A stretch of DNA of 64,000 bases from a virus (Duplodnaviria > Caudoviricetes). The DNA lies in the IMG/VR virus record IMGVR_UViG_3300043567_000723. The stretch is one strand, 5' to 3'. Of the stretch, positions 59,009 through 64,000 are shown one piece after another. Both the position numbers and the translations under genes were made by a program. A model generated the notes under the pieces. That model saw only the letters and a list, made by a program, of their open reading frames with translations, had not been told where the DNA came from and did no database searches. Each line of letters starts with the position of its first letter. Within the stretch, counting starts at the first letter, position 1.

Positions 59009-59448
59009 ATCCAATTCGAGAAAACACTATTCCGCTCAACGAGTGTCGCAACGGCTGGGTGTATAGATTGTCCAGTCGAAATCTTGGCTTTGGCGTTTTC
59101 GTGCAGGCCAGCAATGGTTTTATCGGCATCCGCGAGAAATTTAATCACAAATATCTATTCACTGAGTACCACCGTGATACGGGTGTGCCGTTTGGAACAG
59201 TGTGCCCCAAGGAAGAACTGGAACCTGCTCCACCCGGTTTAGTATTGAAAGAAAACGGCCCGCTTATTAATGAGGAAAACGGTCGCGTCGTCGTGCTCGA
59301 AGCGGGAACGGAATATCCGTCACCGCGAACCTATCGGTACGCCGATACATCAGAGATCTGCGATCCGGGTGAAATTGTGTGGTCGTGCAACCAACCGTTA
59401 CACGACTATATGTTGTTAGTTGAAAACAAATATTGCAATAAAACATAA
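59005..59448 (+). CDS. Conserved phage hypothetical protein
   Basis: SRNL..GVF..GFIGIREKF...YLFTEYH.D.G.PFGT. Confidence 0.7.
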   Translation: MNPIRENTIPLNECRNGWVYRLSSRNLGFGVFVQASNGFIGIREKFNHKYLFTEYHRDTGVPFGTVCPKEELEPAPPGLVLKENGPLINEENGRVVVLEAGTEYPSPRTYRYADTSEICDPGEIVWSCNQPLHDYMLLVENKYCNKT

Positions 59449-59674
59449 AAGAGAAAACGACGTGAGGAGCGACCCCAACGACTGCGACGAGACCGTCCTT
59501 TTGACCGCCGAGGTGCGGCGATTGCAGGCGATTATCGCCGCAAGTGATCCTGTACTCACCGACGAGGAGCGGTTCGTCTTGCGAGAGGCGCGAGACTTTT
59601 ACGCCGACGTTGACGATGTCAGGTGCAACGAAATAGCGGCGGTCATCGACGGGCTGCTGGAGCGCACAAAATGA
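59420..59674 (+). CDS. LTDEER-family small protein 6 (start may be GTG 59462)
   Basis: VLTDEERFVL...IDGLLERTK. Confidence 0.7.
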   Translation: MKTNIAIKHKRENDVRSDPNDCDETVLLTAEVRRLQAIIAASDPVLTDEERFVLREARDFYADVDDVRCNEIAAVIDGLLERTK

Positions 59675-60282
59675 ACGCCGACATCCCGACGTTTCGCTGC
59701 TGGGTCAGACTTCCGCACATTTCTCGCCGTGACGGTGTTGAGGAAGCGTATGCCTTTGCAGTTCAAAGCGTTAAGGGGCGGGCGTTAGGATTTCATTGCA
59801 TGCTCAAGTCAGGTGCGCATTATAGAAACGTGCCGATTCACGCGCTGTCTTTGTACCCCGAAGTTCCAGAGCGCCGGTTAGGCGATTTGCAACTTTGGGA
59901 TTGTTTTTCAAGCAAACCAGTTGTCCATGTCTTTGATTACCTCTGCAACCATGAGTGCATCTGCTACTTGAGAAGCGGCGAACAGGCGGAAGGAACATAC
60001 CAATTCACTGTAGATTGGCTGCCTGATTCGCGAGAGTCGCCCGGGTTTGTGCTGCGCCCGGAGCAAAACAAATGCGCGCATATTATTGCCTTGGCAGATG
60101 GCAACATTTGCGCTCTGCCGACAAACCGGATCGCGTGGCGGGATGCGTATTTTATTGGCCGGAACCCAGACCCGAAGTCGGCAGGATATTTAGTGCAGGA
60201 TCTTGTCTACCAAGCAGAAGATTCTCGCTGGGATTTCAGCGGAGACGACGGCGGGTATATGTATGAACCAAAACAAATCTAA
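59671..60282 (+). CDS. Conserved phage hypothetical protein
   Basis: GRAL.FH..L..GA....PIHAL..LQLWDCFS..Y.FTVDW..KC.H...L..GN....P.NR. Confidence 0.75.
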   Translation: MNADIPTFRCWVRLPHISRRDGVEEAYAFAVQSVKGRALGFHCMLKSGAHYRNVPIHALSLYPEVPERRLGDLQLWDCFSSKPVVHVFDYLCNHECICYLRSGEQAEGTYQFTVDWLPDSRESPGFVLRPEQNKCAHIIALADGNICALPTNRIAWRDAYFIGRNPDPKSAGYLVQDLVYQAEDSRWDFSGDDGGYMYEPKQI

Positions 60283-60387
60283 AAATTGCAACGCTCCGCG
60301 CGTTGTTGAATCGTTTGATAACGCAGACATTAAATAATGCTGTGTCCGGTATAAACGACACAAACAAACACAGGTGAAAGATTCCCT

Positions 60388-61473
60388 TTGAGTGTATTTG
60401 ATTTTGTTGCGCATGTTCGGCGCTACAAGTTGCGCCCGTGGCGTGTAGCACGCGTTGGTCGACGAATGTCGCAGACGTTTGCGCAACAATTCGGGCTGCA
60501 CTTAGATAGCATAAAAAGCTACAAAGTAGTTGTGGCGCGTACAAATGCTGTACGCAATAAATGGGCGATGCGGTTGAAAGAACTGGCTTCGAGAAACCTA
60601 TGGTTTCCGCATTCAAAAAACCTGAACCCGTATTCCGCCGATTTTGACCTTAAAAAATTTACGCTTACGTTTCAGCGTTGTTTATTCTGCCGCCCGTCGT
60701 ATTTGTATTTTTTCTGGAAGCGTACAAAAGTTTTTAGGCCGTGTAACCGATCGTACTTCTGTCCGTTTTGTTTTGCTCGCGTCAGTCAGGCGCAGTACGT
60801 TCACGTGCGCAAAAAAATACGGGCTATTGGCAATCAGAACTCCAGTACGCCACTTATTGCCACATGTCGCGTAACCAGTCGGTTTTTGCCGGCGCCTGAC
60901 TTTGATCTGATATCTGGCTGCGACAACGATAAAGTCTCGGAGTACTCGCGGTTGTTATGGGGCGAGTTACGGCGAGAGCGTGCCGCGTATCAAAAACTAG
61001 TTAAACAATTGAATCGAAAAACGCGCGGATCTATGTGGCGGCTAGTTGTAGTGCCGCAAGACACCGGCTGGATTATTGAGACGCGTCAATTTCTGTTGCA
61101 TCAGCCAAAAATAAAGATGCCGTTTGTGCGACCCAAGAATGGCAAAGTGGTGTACCTGAAATCTATCAAAGCCGCTGTTTGCTATAACCAGTCCGACACA
61201 GAATTTTATTTTATGCTGGGGCAGTTCAATCGGTATCCAGTCGAGCTATTGACTGGCTACGCTGAATTGACCGCGGCATATCTGCGCGCCGTCGACGGGA
61301 TGCACACTATTTCAGGTACCGGTATTTTTCGCCGGGCTGGGCGGTCGCTTGTTGAGCTTTTCAAAGCGAGGCACGAAACACATGGCGAAGGCGAGAAGAG
61401 GCAGAAAAACAACGTACGCCCAGTACCGGCGGAAAATGCTGCACGACGATCAGCCGTGGCGTCAGCGCCTTGA
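60388..61473 (+). CDS. Basic Cys-motif protein, possibly a degenerate HUH/Rep-like fold
   Basis: CLFC..PC.RSYFCPFC; G.MW...GWIIETR. Confidence 0.55.
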   Translation: MSVFDFVAHVRRYKLRPWRVARVGRRMSQTFAQQFGLHLDSIKSYKVVVARTNAVRNKWAMRLKELASRNLWFPHSKNLNPYSADFDLKKFTLTFQRCLFCRPSYLYFFWKRTKVFRPCNRSYFCPFCFARVSQAQYVHVRKKIRAIGNQNSSTPLIATCRVTSRFLPAPDFDLISGCDNDKVSEYSRLLWGELRRERAAYQKLVKQLNRKTRGSMWRLVVVPQDTGWIIETRQFLLHQPKIKMPFVRPKNGKVVYLKSIKAAVCYNQSDTEFYFMLGQFNRYPVELLTGYAELTAAYLRAVDGMHTISGTGIFRRAGRSLVELFKARHETHGEGEKRQKNNVRPVPAENAARRSAVASAP

Positions 61474-62569
61474 GTATGTTTGTGCGCAGCTTTTTAACAG
61501 CAGTACGTACTATTTTGCCCGCGGCATCGAATTAGACGTAACGCACGTTAAAAAAGTTTTAACTAGCGAGCGCAGCGTCACGGTTAAATTCTTAGCGCAG
61601 GTTTTAAGTCACACGGCTGTTCGAGCTGACTGGTTAATTTGGGGCAACGGCCCTATGCTGTACGCTGAGACTCCGGGCGTATTATCTGTTCCGGCAGATT
61701 TTCAAAGTCTGTACCCGGTTTTTAATACGCTTACTGCAACCATTCCACCGGTGCAAATTATGCCGCTAGCACCAATAGACACGCACACCGAGTTGTCAAA
61801 AAACCATGTTGCAGCAGCAAACGCTATTCACACCGCTCGTTGCGCGAATAGTCGCGTAATGTTGTTTGTTAGCGCGCCGGCCGTATACGCTGGCGCTGGT
61901 ATTGTCGCTGCAGACATGTTGCGCAAAAAATACCTCACGTCTGTTTCAACAACCGGCACAGGTTTGCTGGCTGATATTGAAATGGCTCAAACGCCGCAGA
62001 CAGTTGATTTGAATTACGTGGCGCGGTTAGCTGCAGGGCAGGGCGTTGGCTATGGCGAAGCTGTTGGCCGCTGGGCGTTCAATGCAAAAGATATCAAAAC
62101 GCGCAGTTTGTTCTATACGGCGTATTCGCTTGGTGTGCCGGCTACGGCGCACGTAGAGATGGGCGAACTACGCGCGCATACTGGACCGTCGGCCCGCGGC
62201 GCTGAGTTAGGCGCGGCTATCGGCGCCGCGAGCTATACCGACTTGCTGGTATTCACAGAACAAGTCCGGCAGCTGTGTGAAACAACAACCGGCGTGTTCA
62301 TTTTTGTCGGCGACACTGGCCGCGGCTTGCAGTTGTTCTTGCAGGCTCGCGCAGCAGCTGCAGGAACCGCAAATGAGTTTATTGCAATTTTTATTGACAG
62401 CTACGTTCAACCTGAAACACAAGACTACGTTAAAAGTCAGGGAGGACAAAGCTACACACTGACTGGTACATACCGGTCAAACTTGTCAAATCTTTTACGC
62501 GCATGCGACGCTATTTTTAGCGGAAAGAATCCACATGATGATCAAACAGCAATTATCGACAATTGTTAG
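61382..62569 (+). CDS. XRE/CI-type HTH fused to a degenerate deoxyhypusine-synthase-like domain
   Basis: N-terminal ..RADWLIWGNGPM; C-terminal G.GYGEAVG, SL.Y.AY..GVP.T.HV..G, GA..G.ASY.D...F...V..L..GV....G. Confidence 0.6.
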   Translation: MAKARRGRKTTYAQYRRKMLHDDQPWRQRLEYVCAQLFNSSTYYFARGIELDVTHVKKVLTSERSVTVKFLAQVLSHTAVRADWLIWGNGPMLYAETPGVLSVPADFQSLYPVFNTLTATIPPVQIMPLAPIDTHTELSKNHVAAANAIHTARCANSRVMLFVSAPAVYAGAGIVAADMLRKKYLTSVSTTGTGLLADIEMAQTPQTVDLNYVARLAAGQGVGYGEAVGRWAFNAKDIKTRSLFYTAYSLGVPATAHVEMGELRAHTGPSARGAELGAAIGAASYTDLLVFTEQVRQLCETTTGVFIFVGDTGRGLQLFLQARAAAAGTANEFIAIFIDSYVQPETQDYVKSQGGQSYTLTGTYRSNLSNLLRACDAIFSGKNPHDDQTAIIDNC

Positions 62570-63680
62570 GAAGTTTTTGAATGATTTTGAAGGCGTAGAT
62601 ACAGCACACAAACTTGTCCTTGCCGCTTGTACGTTAGAGTTATTTCGGCAGGCGCAGACTCCAGAAAAACGTGCGCCCTTTTTTCGGGCATTGTCTGAGT
62701 TTGCAAAAAATGCTCACGATGTAAATTGGGGCGCTGTTCCGTTTTCGTTTACAAAATACGCGCTGACAGACGGCCGCCGGGTTGCCGTGGAGTATGGCGC
62801 AGATCCCGAGCAGATCGACGACATCTTGATTGAGGCGTTAGCCGTATTTTCAGATTTAATCTGTGACGGCTTTGCAGATTCGGATGTAAAACCCGAAGCG
62901 CTTTTTGACGCCGTTATCGCTGAACTAACAGAAGCAAAAAAGACGCAGACGGTAAAGACAAAATTTAATGCTCCCGAGATTCACGCAGAGCGTATGTTGT
63001 CGCGAGTATTTAAACCGGCTGAGTTCACAGACGACGTTGCAAAAAAGTCTGGCGCAAGCCTTGTGACCTTTCGAGACAGTCTCCCAAACGGCGATCCCGG
63101 CCCGTCTTTGCGCGGTATCGCGTTTGACAACGGAACGAACCAGTGGCTCGTCTTGCTTGAAACAGGCGAATTCGTGCGCCGGACGAAAGGCGACGAGTCA
63201 ATTACGGCCACAAACACGGCTGAAGATTATGCGGCTGTTTGTCCGGCGTTGCTGTTGTTTGTTTACGTTGCCGCCAAAGAACTACATACGTGGGCGATAC
63301 TAGACGACGCGCAGTATGACTTCATATCAAAACAAGCTGGCTTTGGGTCGCTCGTTAAACAGCACGCTGCTGTAGTGGCGCGGCAAGAAATGGTCGCGTC
63401 GCTTGAAAACGTTATTGACGCAGCGACCGAAGACGTTAATCTAGGCTTAACTGGTGCCACGGGGCCACACGGCGCGTCCGTTCGATTTGCGGTCCCCGAG
63501 ACTGATTTCGTAATTGTGCTTGACGCTATGACGTCTACTACAGGCCCATACGTCGTTGCTCGACTTATGCAGCATGAGCGTGTCTTAATGCGGTTGGAAC
63601 ACCCGCGGCAATTCTCTACGCGCGGTGTGTATTTGTTCCCGCTTGCCGGCCATGCTGTCTCCCTCACCGTAATTCACTAA
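62535..63680 (+). CDS. Hypothetical protein
   Basis: 381-aa ORF, operon spacing. Confidence 0.75.
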   Translation: MMIKQQLSTIVRKFLNDFEGVDTAHKLVLAACTLELFRQAQTPEKRAPFFRALSEFAKNAHDVNWGAVPFSFTKYALTDGRRVAVEYGADPEQIDDILIEALAVFSDLICDGFADSDVKPEALFDAVIAELTEAKKTQTVKTKFNAPEIHAERMLSRVFKPAEFTDDVAKKSGASLVTFRDSLPNGDPGPSLRGIAFDNGTNQWLVLLETGEFVRRTKGDESITATNTAEDYAAVCPALLLFVYVAAKELHTWAILDDAQYDFISKQAGFGSLVKQHAAVVARQEMVASLENVIDAATEDVNLGLTGATGPHGASVRFAVPETDFVIVLDAMTSTTGPYVVARLMQHERVLMRLEHPRQFSTRGVYLFPLAGHAVSLTVIH

Positions 63681-63688
63681 GGTATTAA

Positions 63689-63961
63689 ATGACTAACTTT
63701 GATTTTGGCGGATTTCTCAATGAAGAAAATCCCTACGTGCACGAAAACGAAGAGTCTGGTTTTGAAGAGTACTTAACCGTCAAGGCGTTGCTGTGTTTGA
63801 AATTTGGCGACGTTCGCGGCGGCGCTATTTATCGCATGCTGACGACGTATGCGAAGCGCGCCACGAAAGGCATGTCTGGAGAACCCGGTATTTTGTTTAA
63901 CGGGGAAGGCGGTGAGTTCGTGAGCTTTAACGACAACGCTAGAACCGCTGACGACGAGTAA
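63689..63961 (+). CDS. Hypothetical acidic protein
   Basis: AAGG SD. Confidence 0.65.
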   Translation: MTNFDFGGFLNEENPYVHENEESGFEEYLTVKALLCLKFGDVRGGAIYRMLTTYAKRATKGMSGEPGILFNGEGGEFVSFNDNARTADDE

Positions 63962-64000
63962 CTTGCATACCGGTCAAACAACACCGCAAGGAACGCGCAT

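Overview
A 64-kb internal segment of a large tailed dsDNA phage, probably a jumbo myovirus. Host is most likely a Planctomycete (inference from CsrA, a stand-alone RNAP alpha-CTD, a Planctomycete-type nucleoid-like protein, the DUF1257/DUF2997/AAA cluster and a Planctomycete-style secreted protein). No capsid, portal, sheath, DNA polymerase or integrase is recognisable in the window. Layout: (1) 1-21 kb: end of a sigma-70-like gene, then a tightly packed + strand virion operon with gp25-like and J-like baseplate proteins, five tandem paralogous Cys-rich baseplate/fibre proteins, a 1443-aa fibre (about 15 Cys-rich ~60-aa repeats plus 114 uninterrupted Gly-X-Y triplets), a second collagen protein, and Big_1 and FN3 proteins. 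(2) 21-37.5 kb: mixed region with a glycosyltransferase, CsrA, tRNA-Met(CAT), a primase-like protein, a very acidic protein, an MSMEG_6728-like glycosylase, tRNA-Thr(TGT), an unexplained 191-nt tRNA-like RNA with tmRNA-like architecture, GNAT, alpha-CTD, a minus-strand large terminase and DUF5664. (3) 37.5-64 kb: dense + strand early/accessory genes, including the DUF1257-DUF2997-Ycf46-type AAA-DUF3150-like cluster, DUF6878/DUF6915/DUF3085/DUF6745 proteins, ParB-like, SEC-C and MazG-like proteins, six small paralogues sharing a C-terminal LT(D/E)xER...LRxLLER motif, and an HTH fused to a degenerate deoxyhypusine-synthase-like domain. Several intergenic regions are unusually hairpin-rich. All family assignments come from remembered motifs, not from searches.
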